A stretch of DNA of 46,255 nucleotides from Bacteroidales bacterium. Its GTDB lineage: Bacteria; Bacteroidota; Bacteroidia; Bacteroidales; P3. Shown one piece after another: positions 1 through 8,414 of this stretch (its first letter is position 1; each line of letters begins with the position of its first letter). The stretch lies in contig JAZUFY010000155.1 in assembly GCA_045640925.1 (NCBI GenBank), positions 1-46,255 on the forward strand, read 5' to 3'. A program made the position numbers and the translations under genes. The notes below the pieces were generated by a model. It saw only the letters and a list, made by a program, of their open reading frames with translations, searched no databases and was not told the origin of the DNA.

Positions 1-510
1 AGTGGTGCTGGTAGAGTAATCGGTACCATGCCACACATAGCTATTGCATGCAGTCACTGTCTCTATAGCACTGTTGCTGTGGTTGATAGTCAGGTGCAGC
101 GTAACCACAGAGTCACAACCCTCCACATTCTGCTCAGTAAAGGTTGGCGTGTTGGTGGAGGCAGTGTAGGTGGTGCCGTGCCAGGTATAGGTGTCGCAAG
201 CGGTTTGCTCATCTGTACCTATATTGCTGTGGTTGACAGTCAGGTGCAGCGTAACCACAGAGTCACAACCATCCACATTCTGTCCTGTGTAGGTTGGTGT
301 GTTGGTAGAAGCCGTGTATGTGGTACCATGCCAGGTGTAGGAGTCGCAAGCGATTTGCTCATCTGTCACGTAAGATTTGTTTTTAATTGTGAGATTGAGC
401 ACATAAACGCTGTCGCAACCGTATGCCACACCCTCCACACGTTCTGAATAAGTGCCAGAAGTTGCATATACGTTTCCTCTCCACAAAACAGAATCGCAGG
501 TTGAGATGTT
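1..510 (-). repeat. At least 3 tandem 150-bp (50-aa) Cys-motif repeats; the array continues past the window edge
   Basis: caggtgcagcgtaaccacagagtcacaacc occurs at 91-120 and again at 241-270, with a diverged copy at 391-420. The encoded unit is C(D/N)SY.WHGT.Y.(A/T)ST...(N)V.GCDSVVTLHLT.NHSN. Confidence 0.85.
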
Positions 511-3500
511 GTCATAGTGGTATTGCGAGATACAGCTAAACACCGAGTCGAATACTGCGGTATAGACAGCCGCACCGCGCACTGTGTCAATATTCGGGCT
601 CCATCCAACAAATGTATAGGTATATTGGATGGTGGTACGACGTGCAGGGGTATTGCCACGATAGACAGGCATACTGCCGTATGGCAGCGTGTCCTGTTGC
701 AGCACCGCCCCATTGAAATTGACAAAGGTAACAGGATATGAATGTACCAAGGTATCAAACTCAGCCGTATAGACAACGCTTTCAGTCACGGGTGCCAACC
801 TTGGTGTCCAACCTCTGAAACGATAGTCGCAGTAGGCGTTCCCCTCTCGAGTCGGCTCCATACCCCAATAGTGGGGCATCGTGCCAAATGTCACACTGTC
901 GCTCTGCAATACCGAATCATTCCAATTGCGGAAAGTGACGAGGTATCTTGGCAGTTGGTAATACAGCATGGAGTCGAACACTGGCCTGTAATCAGCATTG
1001 CCCGACACAGGCATCAATTCGGGTGTCCAACCCACAAAGGCATAAACAAACGAGTCAACCTCGGGCCTTGACGGTATTGAGCTGTAGTATGACGGCATGG
1101 CTCCGTAGGGAAGGCTGTCGGATTGCAGCAACGTGCTGTCGTAATCAAAGAAGCAGATACGGTAGCTATTGGGGATCGAGTCGTACACAGCGTGATAGAC
1201 AGCATTTCCTGCGACGGGGGCAATGGCAGGTGTCCAACCCCTGAACCGATAGGAATAGTGGGCATCAGCATTGCGCGAAGGAGTGTTGCCAAGGTATGCG
1301 GGAGTGGCACCCATCGGCAAGCGGTAGGAACACAGCACCGTATTGTCAAAGTTGACAAATTGAATCTGATAGGTGGTAACCGAGGGACCTACAACACCAC
1401 GGGCGGTATTGTATTCCACCTGCGGAGTTTTGTTCTCACGGTTGCCCGCCGAATCTATAGCCACGACGTAGAAGTCAGTCAGCAAGGAATCGACGGCAAG
1501 TCTTTGTACACTGGTTTTGCCAGTATTGACAAGATGCCAAGAGTCAAGCGAGTCGCTCCGTCCAAAGACATCATATCTCCACACTCCCGAACGGTTATCT
1601 GTGGCTTGGAAGCTCAATGACAAAGTGTCGCCCTCTATATTGCCGTAAGCAATACGGGACGTTGGAGAAATGGCATCAATGATGTTTGTCCACACAGGGG
1701 TAGCAATAGCATCCTCGAAATCGAAAGTGATATATGCCCGATTGCTTACAGGGTCACCGTCACCAAGAGTATTTAGCAGGCCGATGGAATAATACACTCG
1801 TGCTATGCCCGATCCGTCCGTATTGGGCGGAAGTACACCTTCGTTCACATCCAAAGTGGGTGTCAATGTAATCGGATTGAGGGCTTCAATAGTCCATATA
1901 GCGACACCTGTTGTCGGAGTGTAATTGATTGAGACCTGCGCGAGGGCATTGATATTCGGGCGCAAGTCCATCGTGTAAACTCCATTTTGGACACCATCTA
2001 AAAAGATGGAATTGTTGCCAATCGTCACCTGTGAAGGACGGAAAGTAGAGAGGTCAAATAGTTGAGATGATAGCGTGTCAACAATAATCACCTTGTGGGC
2101 TGCTGCCTGTGCCATGACAGGGTCGTTTTCGCACTCGATAAAATAGTCAACCGTCTGCACACTATCGGGTATATATGTGCTGCCCGACTCTGCTATATAA
2201 CCGACTATCTCATTGGGGTCAACAGGAACGTAAGGCTGAGATTGACCGCCAGCAGTTTTTGTATTATCTTGACATGAAGGGCTAACGGTATGCCAAGACC
2301 TGATGCAAGGCGAGATGCCTAGGGCAGCATCCCCAATATCCCTAGCAGTCTTTAGCCAGGAACATATTTTATACCAAGCTTCGCCTTGTTCTCCCAATTG
2401 AGCTACTTTCAGAGCTTCATCTGCAATTGTCTGCTGTAGAAGATTATACTGTTGACTATGTAGATTTCTTAAATCCAACAACTCTGCATTTGCTGAAGCA
2501 ATCTCTCTATTCAATCTATAGTATTCAGTATAGTTCCCTGCTTCAAAAGCAGCACTTGCATCTGCGTTCAAATTATTAATGTGTTTTTCAGCATCTCTAA
2601 TTTCGTCTTCTAAATGATGAACAGTATTTGTAAACCTACTTCGGTTCCTACTTAAAACATTTCTTTCACTTATCAATGTTTTTGCTCTTGACAGAATACG
2701 TCCGACAGCACAATTTACAAGAGATGAAACACCTTTATCCACAACAGACTTTCTTATAGTTGGATTATTAATTTGCTGTTCCTGAAAATTCATGAATTTG
2801 TCACCCAAAGAACCATTTGTCGAGCAAGCCATCTCGGTAGTATAAAAAAAGTAGAAATTTGCCAATTCGGGAATGCATGCGGCAACAGGGAATAAGCCCA
2901 ATGCCGTAGTAGCAATTTCTGCGGTACACTCCCAGCCTTCTTTATGGCAGCAGAAGGAATTGTTAACCCCATTGGTATTCTGAGCATTTGGCTCAGAGGA
3001 AACCATATTTAGAAGCCTTTGTGGTGCTGGAGATGACGAATCTGGTTCGCGTGTATTCAATGTAATCCATTCTGACGGAATGCTTACAATACATGAAACA
3101 GGCGATAAACACTTTATTTCAACTTCAAACTCATATTGGCTCAATGGCGGGATTGTTAATAGTTGGCGGGAATACCCTCTGTCTATATGCTCCACAGAAT
3201 CATAAAGCACAATAAATTGCCCTAAACCATTATATTCGGATTGAGGCGTGTGCTCATTTATAAAACTAATCACCTCTTCTGAAGTGGTGTCTGGTATCAT
3301 GCTACGAATATCCACGTCTCCCCATACTTTTCCATTAGGCTCTGAAACCTTGATATATGAAATATTGTCCAATCTGCCTGTATTGTGTATCTCAACTTCG
3401 ACAGGAACATCGTATGCTGTAGAATTTCCAAGATTCGTTATTGCAACTGAATAAATCGCAGAAGTTCCTGACAGAAAGCTGATAGGATACTGCACAGTCA

Positions 3501-5934
3501 CATTGAGTTCGATGTCATTTGCAGTTTCAACATTCAACAGATTGTTTATAGTGATAACTTGGTCACCAAATAAGAATTGCGCATTGTATTGACCCTCTGA
3601 CTTGTCTGTGAAATCAAACGTAGCAACACCTTTTGATATCCTTTCTCTGTGTATTGCCAGGGCTTTCACAGTGTCTAAAGTGGGGCTAATTAGAGCTATG
3701 CTTGCAATGCTATTAAATCCATTTCCTTCAAAGGTAATGGTACTGATACCACCGTTTCCGACTCGGTGCACATCCCATGCAAGTACGGCATATCGATACA
3801 CCCATTGATATGAAACGGTCATATTGCCAGTTCCTTCTGCATCATGAACTGCCAAGTAATAGACACCATCTTCCCATGCGTGACAACCAACCCAAGACAA
3901 CACACTATCACCAGAAGAACGGAAAACCATTTCACCGTTCGGAGCATACAGCTGTATAGTGCATCGCTTGTTGGTAGTGAACGAGAGGCTGTCGCCAACA
4001 CCAACTCCCAGCTTGAACCAATGAATATTATTGTTCGTCGGCACTGTTATAGTCTTTGTGGCTCCACGTTCAATGGTGTCGCTCACCACTGGCTGACTGA
4101 TGCGGTAGTCAATAAAGGGTGCCACGTCGCCCATAACGAATTTTCCGAGGTCGTCCATAAACAGGGTGTGGAAGGTGTTCTTGGCGTAGGCATGAGGCTG
4201 TTGGGCAGTGTCTATCTCGAAGTGGAAATAACTACTTCTGAACGGTATGGAATCTATCGGTATCAAGCCGTACCACTGCATCGGATTGGTGACGGGGTTC
4301 ACATGCACCCTTGTGGCGTTAGTGATATCGTTGTTAAACCAGTAGTAGTATTGCGTGATGCCATCCACACTTTCTGAACCCGATCCTGGAGTACGGAAAA
4401 ACATAGACGAGGTGGTAGGATACGACACCCCATCCACCCCCATCACATAGCAATGGAGGGTATGGACGCCTGTGGAAAGGTTGGACACATCCAATGTTTG
4501 CGACATCGACAACAAAGTCGTCCGTTGCCTTCCCGCATAATCCTGGTCGAACCAATACACCAACTCCTGTGCCGCTGTTGAATCTGTCCCTATAGCAGGA
4601 GGACGGAAGAACATGGCAGATGAGGTAGGGTACACCGTGTTGTCAGTACCTACCACATAACTGTGGATGGTGTGGACACCCATAGGTAAAGAAGAAACAT
4701 CCAACATTTGCACACCCGCCTGAAGCGGGGCGATATGGCGATTGTTATAATCTTGGTCAAACCAATACACCAACTCCTGTGCTGCCGTCGAATCTGCCCC
4801 TATAGCAGGAGGACGGAAGAACATGGCCGAAGAGGTGGGGTAAACCGTGTTGTCGGTACCTACCACATAGCTGTGAAGAGTATGCACCCCTACAGATAAC
4901 ATGGTGACATCCAACATCTGCGTACCTGCCTGAAGCGGAGCGATGTGGCGGTTGGCATAATCTTGGTCGAACCAGTACACCACTTCCTGTGCCTCTGCCG
5001 AATCAGAATCTATATAAGGTAGGCGGAAGAACATGACCGATGTGGTAGGATAAGCCTTATTGTCAGCACCTACCACATAGCTGTGAATGGTATGGACACC
5101 TATATCCAAATCGGAAACATCCAACAGTTGAGGGCCTGACTGGAGCGAGGCAAAGTGTCGTCCGTCAAAATCTTGGTCGAACCAGTATACCACTTGTTGT
5201 GCTGCTGTCGAATCCGACTCTACTGAGGGAGGACAGAAGAACATGGCCGACGAGGTGGGATAAACAGTATTGTCGATACCTACCACATAGCTGTGGAGGG
5301 TGTGTACCCCCATGGCCAAGGCGGAGACATCTATCAGTTGGGGACCTGAATGAAGCAATGAGACGTGTCGGTTGTCAAAATCTTGGTCGAACCAATACAC
5401 CACTTGTTGTGCCGATGCCGAATCCGCCCCTATAGTGGGAGGACAGAAGAACATGGCCGACGAGGTGGGGTAAACTGTATTGTCGATACCTACCACATAG
5501 CTGTGGAGGGTGTGTACCCCCATGGCCAAGGCGGAGACATCTATCAGTTGGGGACCTGAATGAAGCGATGAGACGTGTCGGTTGTCAAAATCTTGATCGA
5601 ACCAGTACACCTCCTGTTGTGCCGCTGTTGAATTTGTCCCTATAGTGGGAGGACAGAAAAACATGGCCGACGAGGTAGGATAGACAACTCCCGCACTATC
5701 CACAGCATAAAAATGGATAGTGTGCACACCCAATGGCAGGAAGGATACATCCATCTGAAGCGAGGTTGGCGAGAGCGGCAACTCTTGTGCCGAGGCACTA
5801 TTGTTGTCAAACCAATAGGTCAGATGGTGTGCCGAAGGGACATGACGAAACCACGCGGTGTCTATCGCAAGCGGTTGCGCCAAGCCATAGCCGAACGCCC
5901 CCATAAGGAGCAATAGAGAGATAAACTTTCGCAT
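1..5934 (-). CDS. Giant secreted modular repeat protein, C-terminus cut by the window edge (at least 1,978 aa). Layout: signal peptide; 8 x 70-aa Ig-like repeats; PPC-like and CARDB-like modules; Cys-rich/coiled-coil low-GC segment; 4 Listeria-Bacteroides (InlB B-type) repeats; at least 3 Cys-motif 50-aa repeats.
   Basis: ATG at 5934-5932 (minus). I checked every + strand phase-1 triplet from 1 to 5934 by hand and found no TTA/CTA/TCA, so there is no minus-strand stop. The N-terminus MRKFISLLLLMGAFGYGLAQ looks like a signal peptide. The frame is missing from the ORF track because it has no stop inside the window. Motifs read: YWFDQD...GVHTLHSYVV repeats; GVYYLAVHDAEGTGNMTVSYQW (PPC-like); YSVAITNLGNSTAYDVPVEVEI (CARDB-like); Y.F.GWTP...V.G.AVY.A.F (InlB B-repeat-like); CDSYTWHGTTYTAS...GCDSVVTLHLT. 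Confidence 0.9.
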   Translation of the reverse strand, partial: MRKFISLLLLMGAFGYGLAQPLAIDTAWFRHVPSAHHLTYWFDNNSASAQELPLSPTSLQMDVSFLPLGVHTIHFYAVDSAGVVYPTSSAMFFCPPTIGTNSTAAQQEVYWFDQDFDNRHVSSLHSGPQLIDVSALAMGVHTLHSYVVGIDNTVYPTSSAMFFCPPTIGADSASAQQVVYWFDQDFDNRHVSLLHSGPQLIDVSALAMGVHTLHSYVVGIDNTVYPTSSAMFFCPPSVESDSTAAQQVVYWFDQDFDGRHFASLQSGPQLLDVSDLDIGVHTIHSYVVGADNKAYPTTSVMFFRLPYIDSDSAEAQEVVYWFDQDYANRHIAPLQAGTQMLDVTMLSVGVHTLHSYVVGTDNTVYPTSSAMFFRPPAIGADSTAAQELVYWFDQDYNNRHIAPLQAGVQMLDVSSLPMGVHTIHSYVVGTDNTVYPTSSAMFFRPPAIGTDSTAAQELVYWFDQDYAGRQRTTLLSMSQTLDVSNLSTGVHTLHCYVMGVDGVSYPTTSSMFFRTPGSGSESVDGITQYYYWFNNDITNATRVHVNPVTNPMQWYGLIPIDSIPFRSSYFHFEIDTAQQPHAYAKNTFHTLFMDDLGKFVMGDVAPFIDYRISQPVVSDTIERGATKTITVPTNNNIHWFKLGVGVGDSLSFTTNKRCTIQLYAPNGEMVFRSSGDSVLSWVGCHAWEDGVYYLAVHDAEGTGNMTVSYQWVYRYAVLAWDVHRVGNGGISTITFEGNGFNSIASIALISPTLDTVKALAIHRERISKGVATFDFTDKSEGQYNAQFLFGDQVITINNLLNVETANDIELNVTVQYPISFLSGTSAIYSVAITNLGNSTAYDVPVEVEIHNTGRLDNISYIKVSEPNGKVWGDVDIRSMIPDTTSEEVISFINEHTPQSEYNGLGQFIVLYDSVEHIDRGYSRQLLTIPPLSQYEFEVEIKCLSPVSCIVSIPSEWITLNTREPDSSSPAPQRLLNMVSSEPNAQNTNGVNNSFCCHKEGWECTAEIATTALGLFPVAACIPELANFYFFYTTEMACSTNGSLGDKFMNFQEQQINNPTIRKSVVDKGVSSLVNCAVGRILSRAKTLISERNVLSRNRSRFTNTVHHLEDEIRDAEKHINNLNADASAAFEAGNYTEYYRLNREIASANAELLDLRNLHSQQYNLLQQTIADEALKVAQLGEQGEAWYKICSWLKTARDIGDAALGISPCIRSWHTVSPSCQDNTKTAGGQSQPYVPVDPNEIVGYIAESGSTYIPDSVQTVDYFIECENDPVMAQAAAHKVIIVDTLSSQLFDLSTFRPSQVTIGNNSIFLDGVQNGVYTMDLRPNINALAQVSINYTPTTGVAIWTIEALNPITLTPTLDVNEGVLPPNTDGSGIARVYYSIGLLNTLGDGDPVSNRAYITFDFEDAIATPVWTNIIDAISPTSRIAYGNIEGDTLSLSFQATDNRSGVWRYDVFGRSDSLDSWHLVNTGKTSVQRLAVDSLLTDFYVVAIDSAGNRENKTPQVEYNTARGVVGPSVTTYQIQFVNFDNTVLCSYRLPMGATPAYLGNTPSRNADAHYSYRFRGWTPAIAPVAGNAVYHAVYDSIPNSYRICFFDYDSTLLQSDSLPYGAMPSYYSSIPSRPEVDSFVYAFVGWTPELMPVSGNADYRPVFDSMLYYQLPRYLVTFRNWNDSVLQSDSVTFGTMPHYWGMEPTREGNAYCDYRFRGWTPRLAPVTESVVYTAEFDTLVHSYPVTFVNFNGAVLQQDTLPYGSMPVYRGNTPARRTTIQYTYTFVGWSPNIDTVRGAAVYTAVFDSVFSCISQYHYDNISTCDSVLWRGNVYATSGTYSERVEGVAYGCDSVYVLNLTIKNKSYVTDEQIACDSYTWHGTTYTASTNTPTYTGQNVDGCDSVVTLHLTVNHSNIGTDEQTACDTYTWHGTTYTASTNTPTFTEQNVEGCDSVVTLHLTINHSNSAIETVTACNSYVWHGTDYSTSTT
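520..1400 (-). repeat. Four tandem repeats of about 71 aa, Listeria-Bacteroides (InlB B-type) repeat-like modules
   Basis: Recurrent Y(R/A/T)F(R/V)GW(T/S)P...V.G.A.Y..VFDS spaced about 210-215 bp apart. GWTP/GWSP codons lie near 600, 812, 1027 and 1235. Confidence 0.7.
4140..5860 (-). repeat. Eight tandem 210-bp (70-aa) in-frame repeats at the 5' end of the giant gene
   Basis: The anchor word ggtcgaaccaRtacac (and variants) ends at 4350, 4560, 4770, 4980, 5190, 5400, 5610 and 5820, exactly 210 bp apart. Units 5221-5430 and 5431-5640 are nearly identical. Confidence 0.9.
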
Positions 5935-5944
5935 GGTGAAGAGT

Positions 5945-6961
5945 CTATTCGTTATCCTCCGATTCTTGACGATAGCCCACCTGGATGTCCACACTCAGCT
6001 GACCGTCGGCAGTGGTTTGGTGTGCCACATTGAGGCGGGAAATCACAGGATAGGTGGAAGAGGTGGAATATGGCATATAGCCGCCATACAAGCCAATCTG
6101 GGTACTGTCCGAACCCGGATATGCTGCCTGAGCACTGTCGGTGAGGACGTATCTCTCGGGATTCATGGCATCCAGATTGAAATTGCTGAAAACGGCAGGG
6201 GTAGCCATTGTGGAATTATTGTTTACACATCTTGCAAAAAGGTTACCCGTTACAGAACTGTTTGTTTTCACACAGATGCAGTTTTCAGCATACGCTGTGG
6301 CGGGTAATTGACAAGAGGAGGAACTCGCCAAATTTTGACTGCCTGTATACACTATAATGCTGCTAATCAGACTAACATTATCATAGTAAGTACCAAATTG
6401 ATTGTCCAACACCACGCAGTTGACAAAAGAGGATTGTGAATCGTTATTCACATCACCAACGATGCAATTAATCAGTGTCGGAGCCCAAGAACTATATGAG
6501 TGATAAGTACCAATACGGCAATTGACAAGTTGGCCGGTAAGTGTACGATTACTATAATCCGACAACGCTCCGAAATAAACGTCTTGAAAATAGACTGTCA
6601 TAGAACCGGAAATCGAGACAGTGCCTCCACAATAAATACCTTCCATTGTAATGTGATGACAATTATTATCATAATTCCCCAAAGTAAAGTTCAAAGCAAA
6701 CACCGTCGGGTGGCTTCCATTGGAGCCAACACCGCGGATGGTCAGACTGTCTTTGTTGATGGTACAAGGTGTGAAAGAACCCGCCGAGAGCGAGATGACA
6801 TCGCCTGTAGTGGCGGCATTGTAGGCATCCACAAAAGCATTGGCGTGGTAGAACACGCGGATGCTGTCGCCGTGCTGCAAGGTGGCAACCAATACTTGGG
6901 CGAACGAGAGCGAACTCAGACAAAGAGCCGTCACAAACAATAGCATTTTTTTCATTTTCAT
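5945..6961 (-). CDS. Secreted protein with parallel beta-helix-like repeats; first gene of an apparent two-gene operon with the giant protein
   Basis: The track ORF is 5945..7066. The likely true start is ATG 6961 (MKMKKMLLFVTALCLSSLSFAQ, a signal peptide). Repeated NC.I/NC.V/GT..I rungs (VNCRIGT, INCIVGD, VNCVVLD, ENCICVK). The TAG stop lies 10 bp before the giant gene ATG. Confidence 0.75.
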   Translation of the reverse strand: MKMKKMLLFVTALCLSSLSFAQVLVATLQHGDSIRVFYHANAFVDAYNAATTGDVISLSAGSFTPCTINKDSLTIRGVGSNGSHPTVFALNFTLGNYDNNCHHITMEGIYCGGTVSISGSMTVYFQDVYFGALSDYSNRTLTGQLVNCRIGTYHSYSSWAPTLINCIVGDVNNDSQSSFVNCVVLDNQFGTYYDNVSLISSIIVYTGSQNLASSSSCQLPATAYAENCICVKTNSSVTGNLFARCVNNNSTMATPAVFSNFNLDAMNPERYVLTDSAQAAYPGSDSTQIGLYGGYMPYSTSSTYPVISRLNVAHQTTADGQLSVDIQVGYRQESEDNE

Positions 6962-7282
6962 GTCCCTGATACGTGTCGGGAGCAACTGTTGTCTGCACTG
7001 CAACGACCCAAAATGTGCGGTTGTAAATACCAAAAGAAAGCGGAGCCGTTCATATCTCGACTTCATTTCAAATGGTAGGGCTGGACTCCCTGTATAGTAA
7101 AATAAGGTCTTACGAAATGCTCCGCTTTGGAGGTATCGTAAGCGATGTACGAATACTCACCAAGCGAGCGACTCGTGCGACTTTATTCCTACTATACTTG
7201 CGAAATGTCCAGTTTCACCATTTAGGAATAAAGCGACATAGCGCTTCCTTTGTCAAATGGGTTTCCTCTTCATTTGACGCTG

Positions 7283-7290
7283 CAAAAATA
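7283..7290 (-). promoter_or_regulatory. Candidate Bacteroidota -7 box (TATTTTTG) for the beta-helix/giant-protein operon; implies a 5' leader of about 320 nt
   Basis: The reverse complement of caaaaata is TATTTTTG, which matches TAnnTTTG. I found no closer match upstream of ATG 6961. Confidence 0.35.
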
Positions 7291-7660
7291 CAAATTTTTT
7301 CTGACAAATAAACTTTTGTGGTTATTTTTTTCAAAACAAATAATTGACATTTAGTACGGATGCAATATTATATTATGTCTATAGCGTAACGCGAATTTTC
7401 GTGAATTAGACGCAAATTTTCGAAAATAATTTTATAAAGGTTTTGTATTCAATAAGATAAAAAATACAGATATTATTTGTTTTGCGAAGCACATAAAAAC
7501 AAAACAAGAAATAGATTTTTCTCAATAATAACTTAATTATCAATAATATATTCGGTTATGAGAAGAATTGTCGCAATTCTAATAATTGACGTTTGAAAAA
7601 ATGATGTGACAAAACTATCAACTCAGCCTGTCCCCAATTTTTCAGTTGCTGAAGTGGTGA

Positions 7661-7690
7661 AATAAAAAAGGCTGTCCTTGCGGACAGCCC
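7661..7690 (-). terminator. Rho-independent terminator of gcvH
   Basis: Stem ggctgtcc (7670-7677), loop ttgc, stem ggacagcc (7682-7689). On the minus strand the hairpin is followed by TTTTTTATTT. It lies 31 nt after the gcvH stop. Confidence 0.8.
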
Positions 7691-7720
7691 CACTCAATGA
7701 AAAAATTGTTGTTTCTTTTT

Positions 7721-8098
7721 TTATGCACCGATTTTGGCGGTGTAGGCAGCGGCGTCCATAAGGGCGTCGATGTCGGCCATGTTGGCGGGCTTTACTTTCA
7801 GAATCCAGCCTTCGCCGTAGGGGTCATTGTTGATGGCGGAAGCGTCTTCGAGAGCAGCGTTGAATTCGACCACTTCGCCAGTGATGGGCATAAGGAGGTC
7901 GGCAACGGTCTTGACAGCTTCGACACTGCCGAAAGCCTCGCCAGCTTCGACGGTTTCGCCTTCACAGGTGACGTCGACAAAAACGATGTCGCCAAGTTCG
8001 TGCTGAGCATAGTCGGTGATGCCAACGTATGCAAATTCGCCTTCAATTCTTACCCATTCGTCGTCCTGGGTGTACTTTAAATTCTGGGGAATGTTCAT
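7721..8098 (-). CDS. gcvH: Glycine cleavage system H protein
   Basis: 125 aa. Lipoyl-lysine motif [12 protein letters not shown]; typical YTQDDEWV...GITDYAQ N-terminus. Confidence 0.95.
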   Translation of the reverse strand: MNIPQNLKYTQDDEWVRIEGEFAYVGITDYAQHELGDIVFVDVTCEGETVEAGEAFGSVEAVKTVADLLMPITGEVVEFNAALEDASAINNDPYGEGWILKVKPANMADIDALMDAAAYTAKIGA

Positions 8099-8154
8099 TG
8101 TGTTATTGTTTTAATTGTTATTTTTAGTCACTAAAGCGTGTTTTAATTTTTGTG

Positions 8155-8162
8155 CAAAATTA
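8155..8162 (-). promoter_or_regulatory. Candidate -7 box (TAATTTTG) for gcvH
   Basis: The reverse complement of caaaatta matches TAnnTTTG, 56 nt upstream of ATG 8098. Confidence 0.45.
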
Positions 8163-8215
8163 CACATTTTTGTCCGTTTAATAAAATTTTTTTTGCCAAT
8201 ATCGAATTTTTTTTT

Positions 8216-8223
8216 TAATTTTG
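8216..8223 (+). promoter_or_regulatory. Candidate -7 box (TAATTTTG) for rho; implies an AT-rich 5' leader of about 190 nt
   Basis: taattttg at 8216-8223. I saw no other TAnnTTTG closer to ATG 8415. Confidence 0.35.
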
Positions 8224-8414
8224 CTTCATCAAACATAGAGAGAATAGGTGTGTTTCAGACTTGTGAGATGCTTATTCTCAATGGTTTCTCAAAAAAAGTT
8301 TCATTATCATTTTTATTTCAAATTGTTTTATTTTATAGAAAAATTTATATTGCGCGATGCCGAAAGGAAACGTTTTTGAGGCTATTTTTTAACAGAATTA
8401 TCATTTATTAAGAT

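Noticed and set aside
5221-5640. Near-identical adjacent 210-bp repeats as a possible DGR template/variable-repeat pair.
   Set aside because: No reverse transcriptase or accessory gene is in the window. The few differences are not restricted to adenine positions, and the copies are adjacent in-frame units of one array.
28-5916. Many 60-180-aa track ORFs on both strands inside 1-5934, for example 3844..4377 +, 1123..1620 +, 366..776 -.
   Set aside because: All are out of frame with or antisense to the uninterrupted 1,978-codon minus-strand frame, which has a signal peptide and a coherent repeat and domain structure.
6962-7066. N-terminal extension of ORF 5945..7066 (MKSRYERLRFLLVFTTAHFGSLQCRQQLLPTRIRD). 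Similar extensions occur on 11729..13309, 15235..16686, 21936.., 32158.. and 42687...
   Set aside because: Internal ATGs give canonical signal peptides or TM helices, or remove overlaps with neighbouring genes. The extensions contain no conserved sequence, and the ispH extension is made of a tandem DNA repeat.
7072-7311. 79-aa + strand ORF upstream of the beta-helix gene.
   Set aside because: It has no promoter box or recognisable motif and points away from both neighbouring genes. It is more likely part of the minus-strand 5' leader.
8115-8411. 98-aa + strand ORF in the rho upstream region.
   Set aside because: The region is extremely AT-rich and the translation is F/I/L/N-rich nonsense. 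It overlaps the candidate promoter and leader of rho.
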